From: Podarcis bocagei
Taxonomy: Eukaryota
Assembly (NCBI GenBank): GCA_964188305.1
Contig: OZ076886.1
Length of the DNA stretch: 64,000 bases
Reading direction: 5' to 3' (one strand)
Of the stretch, positions 63,274-64,000 are shown one piece after another (the first letter of the stretch is position 1; every line of letters starts with the position of its first letter). The translations under genes and the position numbers were made by a program. The notes under the pieces are model-generated. The model was not told where the DNA came from. It saw only the letters and a program-made list of their open reading frames with translations, and made no database searches.

Positions 63274-64000
63274 ACAGTCCGCTTCCCAGAAGCTGCTCTC
63301 TCTCTACTCGCACACGCGCTCGTACACAAACATCAAAGGCACCTTGAACATTCAGCCATGGACCGGTTAAACTGAAAGTTCCCAGGCGGGGCCGGCTGCA
63401 GGTTGCTTTCAAACTTTGCTGCCAATACGAGGTCAAGGGAAGAGATGGAAGGGGGAGGAGAGAGATGTCTTTACTGCTGCGACCCCGGTTGGAAAATACC
63501 TGGGGTCCCTTCCTATTCCTTTCCGCAAGATCTGCTTCCAAACACCCGGGTATTAAACCCACCGGGTTACTGCATTTGAAAAGCAAGCAACCTTCCCCCC
63601 GACCGCAAGCCCTCTGCTTGTGTGTTTTAGGGCTTTAGGAAAGGCAACGGGGAGACCCGCTTTCTAAATAAGCCCGTGTTGCGGAGCAGATTCGGATCCA
63701 AGCAGGCGCCCGCCGCGAGAGGACGCGATCCGCAACTCCGCCGAGGCGCGCGCGTTGCCTTTCCCGGCGGCGGCGGTGGAGGCGGGGATTGTGGCGGGCG
63801 GACGGGCGGGCGAGAGGAGAGGGCTTCGTTACCAGGTGCCGAGACGCGCCGGGCTGCTTGCCGGGGATGGTGCCAGGCGCGGAGCCGCTCGCTCCGTTCG
63901 CAGGCAGGTAGACCTTACAAAGCGGCCGAGGCGCCCGAGGGGTTTATTCTAAGGCCGAGGAAATAAACGCCTTCCCTTTCTGGTAGGGCAGGCGGGTGCA

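Larger units (their letters stand above)
62790..64000 (-). promoter_or_regulatory. CpG island; MGLL promoter and 5' UTR region
   Basis: Sharp rise in GC and CpG content, densest at 63650-63960, with GC boxes around 63780-63812. Lies directly upstream of coding exon 1. Confidence 0.85.

Noticed and set aside
1-64000. CRISPR arrays, operons, rRNA or other prokaryote-type systems
   Set aside because: The sequence is vertebrate intron/exon DNA, with no regularly spaced repeat-spacer array or gene-dense segment.

Overview
This is eukaryotic genomic DNA, almost certainly from a squamate and probably a lacertid lizard, judged from a full-length Sauria SINE and typical lizard CR1, L2, Penelope and hAT repeats. 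Most of the window is the 5' three-quarters of the monoglyceride lipase gene MGLL on the minus strand. Six coding exons can be placed with canonical GT-AG boundaries and compatible phases: 62808-62817, 62053-62191, 42292-42398, 8053-8189, 3285-3395 and 484-573. They total 594 nt (198 codons) and contain the HG oxyanion motif and the GHSMG nucleophile motif. The remaining 3' exons lie left of position 1, and a CpG-island promoter occupies about 62.8-64 kb. The rest is intron filled with transposon fragments, MITEs (many with intact target-site duplications, TSDs) and microsatellites. Nearly all ORFs in the supplied track are chance ORFs or LINE remnants. I found no CRISPR array, RNA gene, second gene or clearly new multi-gene system. 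The best leads are: (i) a spliced out-of-frame uORF that overlaps the first MGLL start codon and stops 1 nt before the second; (ii) a young hAT MITE carrying a compact promoter-like motif cassette; (iii) several nested or hairpin-forming insertions, including a Penelope remnant with half a hammerhead motif. TE family names and comparisons with human MGLL are from memory and need database confirmation.
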